NCBI GenBank assembly: GCA_964647465.1
Contig: CAZYFS010000001.1
Span: 28,690-92,689, forward strand
Reading direction: 5' to 3'
From: an uncultured Candidatus Saccharibacteria bacterium
GTDB lineage: Bacteria > Patescibacteriota > Minisyncoccia > Minisyncoccales > UBA1441
DNA length: 64,000 bases
The notes below the pieces were generated by a model, which saw only the letters and a program-made list of their open reading frames with translations, was not told the origin of the DNA and made no database searches. Position 1 is the stretch's first letter. Every line of letters starts with the position of its first letter. Shown here piece by piece: positions 20,655-28,831 of this stretch. Made by a program: the position numbers and the translations under genes.

Positions 20655-21143
20655 ATAAGCGCTAGTAAAGTACGGCTGATAAGCCAGAAAGGAGAACAGC
20701 TTGGTTTAGTCTCTACCGAACAAGCATTAGAAGAAGCGAAAAAGCTTGGACTAGATTTAATATTGGTAGCCGCCCAAGCACAACCTCCTGTTTGCAAAAT
20801 CACTGACGCCGGAAAATATTCTTATCAACAAAGAAAACAAAGAAAGAAGGAGAAAGTTGTTCACCATATTAAGTCTAAGCAAGTTTCTATTCGTTTTAAT
20901 ACCTCTTCCCATGATTTAGAAACTAAAGCAAGGCAAGCAGTTTCCTTTTTGGAAGCGGGGGATAATCTTCAGCTTACAATGAGATTGAGAGGAAGAGAAA
21001 ATGCTCTTCGCTACAAAGCAGATGAAAAAATAGAAGAGTTTATAGAAATTGTCAAAAAGACCATGCCCATCAAGGCAGAAACTAAATCACTGAAGAAAAG
21101 TCGTCAAATCAATATAGATATCACCAAAATCAAATCCGAATGA
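20655..21143 (+). CDS. infC: translation initiation factor IF-3, probable AUA (non-AUG) start
   Basis: KVRLISQKGEQLGLVSTEQALEEAKKLGLDLILVAAQAQPPVCKITDAGK is canonical IF-3. GGAGG at 20642-20646 sits 8 nt upstream of the in-frame ATA at 20655. The track start at 20580 would overlap the tmRNA. Confidence 0.85.
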   Translation: MSASKVRLISQKGEQLGLVSTEQALEEAKKLGLDLILVAAQAQPPVCKITDAGKYSYQQRKQRKKEKVVHHIKSKQVSIRFNTSSHDLETKARQAVSFLEAGDNLQLTMRLRGRENALRYKADEKIEEFIEIVKKTMPIKAETKSLKKSRQINIDITKIKSE

Positions 21144-21325
21144 AAACTAGAAAATCAATCACTAAAAGATTTAAATTCACTAAAAATGGTAAAGTTTTGA
21201 GACGGGCAACCGGCTTAGATCATTTACGCCGTCGCAAGTCAAAAAGAACAAAACAGCGTCAGAAAAAATGGGTGGAAGTTCCAAAAGCATTAGCAAGAAA
21301 AATTAAGAGTTTAAGAAAATACTAA
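21140..21325 (+). CDS. rpmI: 50S ribosomal protein L35
   Basis: 61 aa, MKTRKSITKRFKFTKNGKVLRRATG. ATGA overlap with infC. Confidence 0.9.
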   Translation: MKTRKSITKRFKFTKNGKVLRRATGLDHLRRRKSKRTKQRQKKWVEVPKALARKIKSLRKY

Positions 21326-21326
21326 T

Positions 21327-21674
21327 ATGTCTCGAGTAAAAAGAGGAAAAATTGCCCACAAGAGAAGAAAAGGGATTCTTCAACAAGTAAAAGGATTTAG
21401 ATGGGGTCGCCGATCAAAGCTGCGCTTAGCAAAAGACGCTTTGCGACATGCTCGCGTAAATGCTTATCGTGATCGGAAAAAGAAAAAAAGAAATTTCCGG
21501 AGATTATGGCAGATTCAGATTGGAGCTGCTTTAAATTCAAGCGGTTTTTCTTACTCCTTATTTATTCATGCTCTCAAGGAACACAAAATTGAATTGAACC
21601 GAAAAATTCTTTCCCAGCTAGGGAAAGAATATCCAGAAATCTTTCAGAATATTATTAAGGAAGTTAAAGATTAG
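21327..21674 (+). CDS. rplT: 50S ribosomal protein L20
   Basis: MSRVKRGKIAHKRRKGILQQVKGFRWGRRSKLRLAKDALRHA. Completes the infC-rpmI-rplT operon. Confidence 0.95.
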   Translation: MSRVKRGKIAHKRRKGILQQVKGFRWGRRSKLRLAKDALRHARVNAYRDRKKKKRNFRRLWQIQIGAALNSSGFSYSLFIHALKEHKIELNRKILSQLGKEYPEIFQNIIKEVKD

Positions 21675-22104
21675 TCTTCGCCGAAGAAGATTTAGAGCCC
21701 AGGAATACCTGGGCTTTTTTTAATATTTCTTTTTGGCTAGAGAAAATCATTTTTTTTAAAGCCGCTTGATAAGGAAGCCAAAGATATTTATTATGTTCAG
21801 AAGATAATTTAACTTCTCTATTTTTGTTAAGTGCTAAGAAATAATCAACTGTTTTCCAAAATTTTCTGTTGCTTCGTTGACAAGAATACTGAATTTGTTC
21901 TTTGAATCCTTTTTGAAACTCTAATTCTTCTATTCCCGTTTCTTCTTTTGTTTCTCGGAGAGCTGTTTCAAGAATGGTTTCTCCTCCCTTTGCTCCTCCC
22001 TTGGGAAAACCCCATTCTCCCCTTAAATTACACAAGAGTAAATATCGAATTAATCCTAATTTTTCCTGAAAAACAATTATTCCAGCCGCTTTTTTGTGAG
22101 CCAT
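21664..22104 (-). CDS. NUDIX hydrolase
   Basis: Nudix box GEWGFPKGGAKGGETILETALRETKEETGI. Confidence 0.85.
   Translation of the reverse strand: MAHKKAAGIIVFQEKLGLIRYLLLCNLRGEWGFPKGGAKGGETILETALRETKEETGIEELEFQKGFKEQIQYSCQRSNRKFWKTVDYFLALNKNREVKLSSEHNKYLWLPYQAALKKMIFSSQKEILKKAQVFLGSKSSSAKTNL
21697..21722. terminator. intrinsic terminator hairpin downstream of rplT
   Basis: AGCCCAGG-aata-CCTGGGCT followed by TTTTTTT. It lies within the 3' end of the convergent NUDIX ORF. Confidence 0.55.
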
Positions 22105-22110
22105 AAATTC

Positions 22111-23823
22111 TTATTTTAAATATTTTTGAATCACTTCCCATGATCGAGAATTGAGAATATCTTTCTTCTCCGCCCATCCTCGCCGAGCTTGTCCTATCCC
22201 TAATTTTTTCCAAGCGAAATGATTAGGACAATGAGCGTCGGTATTAATGACCATTCTAACTCCCTTCTCTTTTGCTGATCTAATGTAATTGTCTTTTAAA
22301 TCTAACCTCTTTGGCTGAGAATTGATCTCCAAGATTGTTTTTGTTTTCTTTGCTGCTTCATAGAGAAGATCCCAATTCAAATCACATTCTTTTCTTTTTT
22401 GAATTATTCGCCCACTAGGATGAGCAATAATATGAACATTAGGATTATTCATCGCTCGAACTAATCGTTGAGTCATCACCGATCTAGAGAGATGATAATT
22501 AGAGTGGATTCCAGCAACAACAATATCTAATTCAGCAAGTAGTTTATCGCTAATGTCTAAGGATCCGTCCTTTCGAATATTAGCTTCTATGCCTTTTAAG
22601 ATTTTGATTCCTGAAGTATTTTTATTCAATTTATCGATAACCCTCATTTGTTTCTTTAATCTTTCCTCGTTTAAACCATTGGCAACTCGTAAATCAACTG
22701 CATGATCAGTAATGGCAAGATAGTGAAGTCCACTCTTTTTCGCCGCAATGACCATTTCTTCTATCGAAACCGTTCCATCGCTCCACTTTGTGTGACAATG
22801 AAGATCCCCTTGTAAATCGCCATCTTTAATCAAACAAGGGAATTTACGCTTTTGAACCATTTCAATCTCCCCATTGTTTGTTCTTACTTCTGGAGGCGGG
22901 CAATCCATCTTTAAAGCTTGATAAAGCTCTTTCTCTGTTTGCCCAGCCATTCTCTGATTCCCACGATAGACTCCGTATTCATTTAGCTTAAGCCCTTTCT
23001 GGATAGCTATTCGACGCAAAGCAATGTTATGCTCTTTGGATCCGGTAAAATATTGAAGAGCCGCTCCATAACTTTGTTTTTCGACTATTCTTAGATCCAC
23101 ATCAAATCCTGATTTTAATCGAATCGACGATTTTGTTTCGCCTTTCCCCCAAATTTTTTCCACTTCTGGAAGAGTTGTAAAATAGTCCATTACCTTCATG
23201 GGATCAGTTGCTACTGCCAAAATATCAATATCTCCTATCGTTTCTTTCATCCGGCGAATGGATCCAGCTAGATTAATTTTTCTAACTTCGGAGAGAAAAG
23301 ACAATTGATCAATCATTTCCTGGGCTAAGGAGAGGGCTTCGCCCAAAAGAAATCTTCCTTTTCTTCTTTTGAACATCTTAATGGACTCTAAGATATTTTT
23401 CTCTCTTTTTTCGCCAAAACCAGGTAAGCTTCTAATTTTCTTTCCTTTGGCCATTTTTTCTAAATCGGTAATATTTTTTACCGACAACTTTTGATAAAGA
23501 TATTGAATCGTTTTTGGCCCAATTCCCTCAATATTAATTAATTGATCGAGATTAACAGGAATCTTCTTTTTTAATTTTTGATGATAATGTACTTGTCCCG
23601 TCAGAAAATATTCCTCTATCTTTTTAGCGATGCTATCACCAATCGTTGGAAGATTTATAATCCCCTTTAAGCCATTCTCTTCGTAGATTTTCCGAAGATC
23701 AATCGAGGTTGTTTCTAAATAGATTCCCGCTCGCCGATAAGCACGAGATTTAAAGGAAATTCTTTCCATTTGAAGGTATTGTGAAATCTCTAAGAAAATT
23801 TTGGCTATTTTTTTATTTTCCAC
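22111..23823 (-). CDS. polX: DNA polymerase X family protein with C-terminal PHP domain
   Basis: 570 aa. N-terminal HhH/pol-beta-like nucleotidyltransferase region (GIGPKTIQYLY, GSIRR, DIDIL) and C-terminal PHP (GDLHCHTKWSDG, HCPNH). Confidence 0.85.
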   Translation of the reverse strand: MENKKIAKIFLEISQYLQMERISFKSRAYRRAGIYLETTSIDLRKIYEENGLKGIINLPTIGDSIAKKIEEYFLTGQVHYHQKLKKKIPVNLDQLINIEGIGPKTIQYLYQKLSVKNITDLEKMAKGKKIRSLPGFGEKREKNILESIKMFKRRKGRFLLGEALSLAQEMIDQLSFLSEVRKINLAGSIRRMKETIGDIDILAVATDPMKVMDYFTTLPEVEKIWGKGETKSSIRLKSGFDVDLRIVEKQSYGAALQYFTGSKEHNIALRRIAIQKGLKLNEYGVYRGNQRMAGQTEKELYQALKMDCPPPEVRTNNGEIEMVQKRKFPCLIKDGDLQGDLHCHTKWSDGTVSIEEMVIAAKKSGLHYLAITDHAVDLRVANGLNEERLKKQMRVIDKLNKNTSGIKILKGIEANIRKDGSLDISDKLLAELDIVVAGIHSNYHLSRSVMTQRLVRAMNNPNVHIIAHPSGRIIQKRKECDLNWDLLYEAAKKTKTILEINSQPKRLDLKDNYIRSAKEKGVRMVINTDAHCPNHFAWKKLGIGQARRGWAEKKDILNSRSWEVIQKYLK

Positions 23824-24848
23824 AATTTCTTAAATCTATTTTTGTCTTTTGTAAAATAATTTAAAATAACTTCTTTGGCAAGGGAAAGAAAGCAAAAGGA
23901 GCCGAAGAAGCAAAGGGCCAAGCGTGTTCCTCTCCAGATTAAACTAAAAACCACCGCTACGCTATAGGGAGCACCCAGGGCCATAAAAGCTATCCCTTCT
24001 ACTATTTCTAGAGACCCGAGAGCTGCTGGAATAAAAAGAACCGAACCAAGCGCTGCAAAACTATAAACTATTAAAGGCCCCGTAAATCCTTTGAGTGATC
24101 CGACCAAAAAGAGAACAATAAGAAGTGCTTGAATAAGCCAAAAAAGGTGCTGAATAAAAGTTAATCCTATGATTTTCCAAAAATAACGATTGTGAATATT
24201 AAAAAAGCCCAACACTTCTTCTTCGTATCGAAGGAACTTTTGCCCTCTCGGTGTTTCCAATAAATCATCGAGACGAATAATTCTTAACAATTCTCTGATT
24301 ACGCTTTTTTTCTTCGCCCCTCGGAAAAACAGATAAACAAAGAAGAAAATAATAACCCCGAGAGAAAAAACAAGCAGGGATCCAACCTTTTGAGAAAAAG
24401 CCCCTCCTCTTAAGAAAAAAGCCGCCAATCCACTAATAACAAACGCCAACAAAACAACAAAATCAAGCATTTTGTTGACAATAATCGAAGATATCCCTTT
24501 TTCCCAGGAGACGTTCAATTTCTCATTCAATAGATAAAGGCGAAGAGCCTCTCCTCCGACCAGGGTAATCGGCGTTAAATAACTCACCGTAAAACCAGCA
24601 AGAAAAGCTTTGTTTAAAGTTAAAAAATTCGACTGAACTCCCAAGTAAGCTAGAATCATTTTCCATGCCCAAACAGCTGTCTCTATTCCCGCTAAAAAGA
24701 AAAAGGCAATTAAGAAAAATTGCCACGCTTTTATCAAGGATAAAGATTGAATAACTTTTCCCCATCCAGCTTCTCCACCGATAAGAAAGAAAGCCGCCAA
24801 ACCAATACTTAGGGAAACGAAAAACAAGAGAATTTTTTTTGGCGACAT
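23805..24848 (-). CDS. UPF0104/LPG-synthase-TM-like integral membrane protein
   Basis: 347 aa, about 8 TM helices with a central basic loop. No catalytic domain. Confidence 0.5.
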   Translation of the reverse strand: MSPKKILLFFVSLSIGLAAFFLIGGEAGWGKVIQSLSLIKAWQFFLIAFFFLAGIETAVWAWKMILAYLGVQSNFLTLNKAFLAGFTVSYLTPITLVGGEALRLYLLNEKLNVSWEKGISSIIVNKMLDFVVLLAFVISGLAAFFLRGGAFSQKVGSLLVFSLGVIIFFFVYLFFRGAKKKSVIRELLRIIRLDDLLETPRGQKFLRYEEEVLGFFNIHNRYFWKIIGLTFIQHLFWLIQALLIVLFLVGSLKGFTGPLIVYSFAALGSVLFIPAALGSLEIVEGIAFMALGAPYSVAVVFSLIWRGTRLALCFFGSFCFLSLAKEVILNYFTKDKNRFKKLWKIKK

Positions 24849-24864
24849 AAGTTCTCTGTTTTAT

Positions 24865-26076
24865 TTAATCCTCTTTTATTTTGCTTAACAATTTCAATAA
24901 AACGGGATGATCGATTTTTTTGTCCAATTCAGCAAACCAAAAGTCCAAAGAAAAATGAGGATTTTCTTTCTTGTATTGCTTGGCTTGAAAAATATCAACT
25001 ATTTTAATAAGTTGATGCACAAAATGGCTCTCTTTGCTGGTTTTATTGTTAAAATCCTGATAAATAAGGGCAATTTCTTCTTGAAGGGGGAGAGGGAGAA
25101 AATCAATAAGTTTCTTAAAAACCTCTTCATTCTTTTTCTTTTCTCCTAATCGCTTTGCTTTCTTTTCTTTGATTAAATGATTCATCCCGCCTTTGTGGAT
25201 TTTTTCTTCGTCAAAACGGATTTTCGCCAAATCATAAATCAAGGCCATTTTGATCATCTTGTTTATATCTAATTTCGTTCCCTGCCCTAAGATCCAAGCC
25301 ATAAGAGCTAAATTAAAACTGTGCTCTGCTACTGTTTCCGGTTTTTCCACTTTTTTTGAAACCCATTCTTGTTTAGGAATTAATTTCAATTTTCCAACTT
25401 CAATTAAAAAAAGAACCGTTTGATCCATCGGTTCTTTGTTTAAAGATTGGTTCTTTAAAAAATGACGAGAAATAGCTTTTTTGAATTTTATTAAAATTTG
25501 GTCATCGATAATTTCTTTGATCCATCTGAGCCAAAGACGTATTTGAATCTCTGCTCCAGCTTGCCAATATTCTACTCCCTGAAAAAAGTTTTCTACCTTA
25601 TCTGCTTGTTTAATGAAAGCTCCGGTTGTCTTCTCTCGGTATTCAAGTTCTTGCCATAAATTTATAATTTCTTCTCGTAAAGCCAGAGGAAGATAAGAAG
25701 TTATCTTTTTTAATCCTTCGTATTCATCTTGATATTTAGCTTCTTTTCGCGAAGTCTTTTCTGAAGGAGAAAGTTTCGGCCAACTACGAAGAATCTCTTT
25801 TGTTTTTCCGGGTTCTAAATCTTTTGGCAACAAAGGATCGTAAGGCGTCGCATCAAAACAATAAACCTTACAAATATCATGGATTAAGGCCATCTTAATC
25901 AGTTTTTGACTTTTTAGATTTTTGAATCCACTCAAAACCCACGCCATCATCGCCAAACGGAAGGAATGGCTAGCGGTACTTTCGGCCGGATCAATATGGT
26001 GAGCTACCCATCCTCTCCGACGAGTCGCTTTCAATTTGTTAATTTCCGAAAAAAAACGAACTAAATCAGTCATCAA
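24865..26076 (-). CDS. tandem HD-domain phosphohydrolase (YfbR-like 5'-deoxynucleotidase fold, duplicated)
   Basis: Two repeats of RRGW...ESTASHSF...HDI/AEHSFNLA...YDL (HD motif). Confidence 0.65.
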   Translation of the reverse strand: MMTDLVRFFSEINKLKATRRRGWVAHHIDPAESTASHSFRLAMMAWVLSGFKNLKSQKLIKMALIHDICKVYCFDATPYDPLLPKDLEPGKTKEILRSWPKLSPSEKTSRKEAKYQDEYEGLKKITSYLPLALREEIINLWQELEYREKTTGAFIKQADKVENFFQGVEYWQAGAEIQIRLWLRWIKEIIDDQILIKFKKAISRHFLKNQSLNKEPMDQTVLFLIEVGKLKLIPKQEWVSKKVEKPETVAEHSFNLALMAWILGQGTKLDINKMIKMALIYDLAKIRFDEEKIHKGGMNHLIKEKKAKRLGEKKKNEEVFKKLIDFLPLPLQEEIALIYQDFNNKTSKESHFVHQLIKIVDIFQAKQYKKENPHFSLDFWFAELDKKIDHPVLLKLLSKIKED

Positions 26077-26534
26077 TATTTGATTTTCTTAATAAGGTAA
26101 ACCGTAGTAATCGCTGACGAAACCTTAACCTTATCACCGACCCGATGACCCAACAAAGATTCACCAACTGGTGATTGATGACTAATGGCTCCAGCTGGTG
26201 GATCAGCTTCTAGTGATCCGACTATCTGAAATTCATCTAGTTGATTTTCAACCTCGACAACAACCGTTGCCCCTAATTTTATTGATGTTCTCTCCTTGAG
26301 CGGTGGGCATTTAATCATTTGATAATTGTCAAGAACATGCTTTAGCTCCTGAATTCTACCCTTTAAAATTTCAATATTTTCGTGAAAAACTAAATAATCG
26401 GATTCAATTTCCTGAGAATGAAAATTATCCGCATTATTTTTAATTTTATCCTTCTTTGTTTTTTGTAACTCTTTGTATTGCAGTTGAATCTTTTTCAATC
26501 CTGCACGAGTCAAATAAAAAATTCCTTCTTCCAT
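26073..26534 (-). CDS. greA: transcription elongation factor GreA
   Basis: 153 aa. N-terminal coiled-coil (LTRAGLKKIQLQYKELQ) plus a C-terminal FKBP-like domain. Confidence 0.85.
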   Translation of the reverse strand: MEEGIFYLTRAGLKKIQLQYKELQKTKKDKIKNNADNFHSQEIESDYLVFHENIEILKGRIQELKHVLDNYQMIKCPPLKERTSIKLGATVVVEVENQLDEFQIVGSLEADPPAGAISHQSPVGESLLGHRVGDKVKVSSAITTVYLIKKIKY

Positions 26535-26590
26535 AATACTTTATGCTATTCTTTTAAGAGAATGCTGTCAAATTAATAAAACTAAAACTA

Positions 26591-27730
26591 CTACAAAAGG
26601 TAGAAAATGGCTTGACTTCCGACTCCAAAGACTAAAACAGCAATTAAGATGTAAAGAAAATAGCGAGGAACATTTAGAGAGTATTCTGGGGTCCTATCTC
26701 CTCTCTTCTTTGCTCGACAGAAGAGGATAATAATGACTATCCCTTCGATTGCTCCCATTAACGTTCCAACTATTCCTATAAGAACCGTAAATCCATCAAA
26801 ACCACTAATAAGCAAAAGAAGTGGGACAAAAATAATAAGAGAAAAAGCTATCGAGGCGGGTAAATGAAAATCGTTTATTAAGCTGACTTTAAGATAATTA
26901 GCTAAGCCAAGAAAAGAAACAACACTTATCAAGAAACCAACGACTGCTATAAGAATAATAAACAATCCTCCCAACGGGAAAGAAGAAATGTCTACATTTT
27001 GCCATTGATAAACATCTTCTCCTATCCCGGTAAAAGACAGGCTAAACAAGAAATAAGATAGTATAACAATCGTTATTGAACAAATAATTATTCGTCCAAT
27101 CTTTTTTTGTTGCCCAGCTTTCTTAAGAACTCGGTTAATTGAAGGAAGGGTATCCCAGCCAATTAAACTAAAAAGAACAACCCCTGGAAGCATAAAAATG
27201 TAGCGCCAATCAAAAGAAGAAATCTCCTGCCAATCAACAAAAGGCATAGCTACGCTTGCAATTAGAAACATTGCTAAAAACAAGAATGCTGTTAGAAAAA
27301 ATTCCCCCGCGGGAAAACTTTGACGCTTTTTTAAAAAAATAAATGAGACGACTATGACGAAAAAAAGACTAAGATAAATTGGAGAAATTTCCAACGAAGT
27401 AAAGACAATAGACAGAAGAATGCCACTTAAAATAACGTAAACCGATAGAGCCCCTCCTATTCCCAATACCGTAATGACGGAAATAATCTTTCCTATTGGT
27501 TTGCTTAAATATTTTTTCGCGTACATTGACAAGGTGCCAACTTTTTCCGTGCGCAAAATAACCTCTGCAAAAAAGAGGTGAAGAAAAGTAACTGCCACTC
27601 CAAAAACGATTATAATTATTAAAAACGGCAGCCATCCAGCGCTTGATAGGAGAAAGGGTAAGCTAAAAAGACCAGCTCCGATTAATCCTCCCATTAATTG
27701 GGCGGAACTTAAAAAAAGGGCTTTATTCAT
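26591..27730 (-). CDS. amino-acid permease-like membrane transporter (aromatic amino acid/Trp-Tyr permease family-like)
   Basis: 379 aa, about 11 TM helices. N-terminal SAQLMGGLIGAGLFSLP resembles the HAAAP/Trp-Tyr permease family. Confidence 0.5.
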   Translation of the reverse strand: MNKALFLSSAQLMGGLIGAGLFSLPFLLSSAGWLPFLIIIIVFGVAVTFLHLFFAEVILRTEKVGTLSMYAKKYLSKPIGKIISVITVLGIGGALSVYVILSGILLSIVFTSLEISPIYLSLFFVIVVSFIFLKKRQSFPAGEFFLTAFLFLAMFLIASVAMPFVDWQEISSFDWRYIFMLPGVVLFSLIGWDTLPSINRVLKKAGQQKKIGRIIICSITIVILSYFLFSLSFTGIGEDVYQWQNVDISSFPLGGLFIILIAVVGFLISVVSFLGLANYLKVSLINDFHLPASIAFSLIIFVPLLLLISGFDGFTVLIGIVGTLMGAIEGIVIIILFCRAKKRGDRTPEYSLNVPRYFLYILIAVLVFGVGSQAIFYLL

Positions 27731-27757
27731 TCTAGACGTTTTTCAATATTATAAAGG

Positions 27758-28024
27758 CTATATTTTGTAAACTCGATATCCAGGATGAACTTTTTTACTC
27801 ACCTTCATCCCTACTGTTTGTTTTGTTTTTGCCCGCTTAACTTTTTCGTGATCTATTTCCATTGAACCGATTTTCTGCTTAAAGTCAGTTTCTCCTCCTG
27901 TAAATCTTACTTCTTCACCAGTTTTAAGTGGTTTTTTTAACTCAACAATTGCCACCTTGATTTTGTCAAAGTAGTGGATTACTTTTCCGACCAAAATTTC
28001 CTTTTTATTTTTTATATTAGACAT
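27758..28024 (-). CDS. hypothetical small protein (88 aa), possible EF-Tu-domain-2-like beta-barrel
   Basis: Lys-rich and predicted all-beta, with a GxxV...G...G pattern. No firm motif. Confidence 0.3.
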   Translation of the reverse strand: MSNIKNKKEILVGKVIHYFDKIKVAIVELKKPLKTGEEVRFTGGETDFKQKIGSMEIDHEKVKRAKTKQTVGMKVSKKVHPGYRVYKI

Positions 28025-28065
28025 AAAACTAAAAATGAATTATGGTAAAATCGACCTTTCGAAAA

Positions 28066-28137
28066 TGCCCTTAGAAGGATTCGAACCTTCATTTCAACCT
28101 CCGGAGGGTTGCGCTTTATCCGTTAAGCTATAAGGAC
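28066..28137 (-). tRNA. tRNA-Arg (anticodon CCG)
   Basis: Manual fold of the reverse complement. Acceptor GTCCTTA/TAAGGGC (one G-U). D-arm GCTT-AACGGATA-AAGC. Anticodon stem CAACC/GGTTG with loop CTCCGGA (U33, anticodon CCG). Variable loop AAAT. T-arm GAAGG-TTCGAAT-CCTTC. Discriminator A. CCA is not encoded. Confidence 0.85.
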
Positions 28138-28826
28138 TATTTTTGAGCAATTAAATAAAGATTTTTCCGACTACCAGAAGTGTTGGTCATCCCTCCTGAA
28201 TCAACGATATTCAAATTTATCTCTCGAATTAATTTCTTTAGTTCTTTCTGCGTAAAAGCGTGATAATAAAGATTAGTTTGTCCACCCCATTGATGAATGA
28301 AATCTCTTTTTCCTAACGAAGGTTTCTTTGTTAATCTCTGGCGAAGGAAAGAAGGTTTTCCAAATCGAGAAAAAGGTAGAGGTATCTGCCAAACAGTAAG
28401 AAACAAAAGCCCATTCGGCTTTAAAACTCTCACCGCTTCTTTTAAAAGACGCAACTGTAATGAAAAAGAAGGAATGTGATGCAGAAGAGAAATGGCAAAA
28501 ACTCCGTTAAACGTCTCGCTTGGAAAAACAACCTTAAAAATGTCACCGGCTACAAAACGATTATGGGGATATTTTTGTTGAGCAATCTCAATAAGACGCG
28601 AAGAGCTGTCTATCCCGATATAACTAATTTCCTTTTCTTTCAAGGAGTCAATTAGCTGCCCGTTTCCGCAACCTATATCTAAAAGAAAATCTCCTCTCTT
28701 AACGAAGCGATTAAATTGTTCTAACTCTTTTCTCTTTATTGATCTTGTTTGAGAAAAGTCATCAGCTATTTTATTGTAACCTTCCTTGTTTCTTTCTTGA
28801 AGATATTGTGCGTATTCCTTATCCAT
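28137..28826 (-). CDS. class I SAM-dependent methyltransferase
   Basis: Motif I DIGCGNGQL, then motif II/III spacing. The stop codon abuts the tRNA-Arg 5' end. Confidence 0.8.
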   Translation of the reverse strand: MDKEYAQYLQERNKEGYNKIADDFSQTRSIKRKELEQFNRFVKRGDFLLDIGCGNGQLIDSLKEKEISYIGIDSSSRLIEIAQQKYPHNRFVAGDIFKVVFPSETFNGVFAISLLHHIPSFSLQLRLLKEAVRVLKPNGLLFLTVWQIPLPFSRFGKPSFLRQRLTKKPSLGKRDFIHQWGGQTNLYYHAFTQKELKKLIREINLNIVDSGGMTNTSGSRKNLYLIAQK

Positions 28827-28831
28827 AATTT

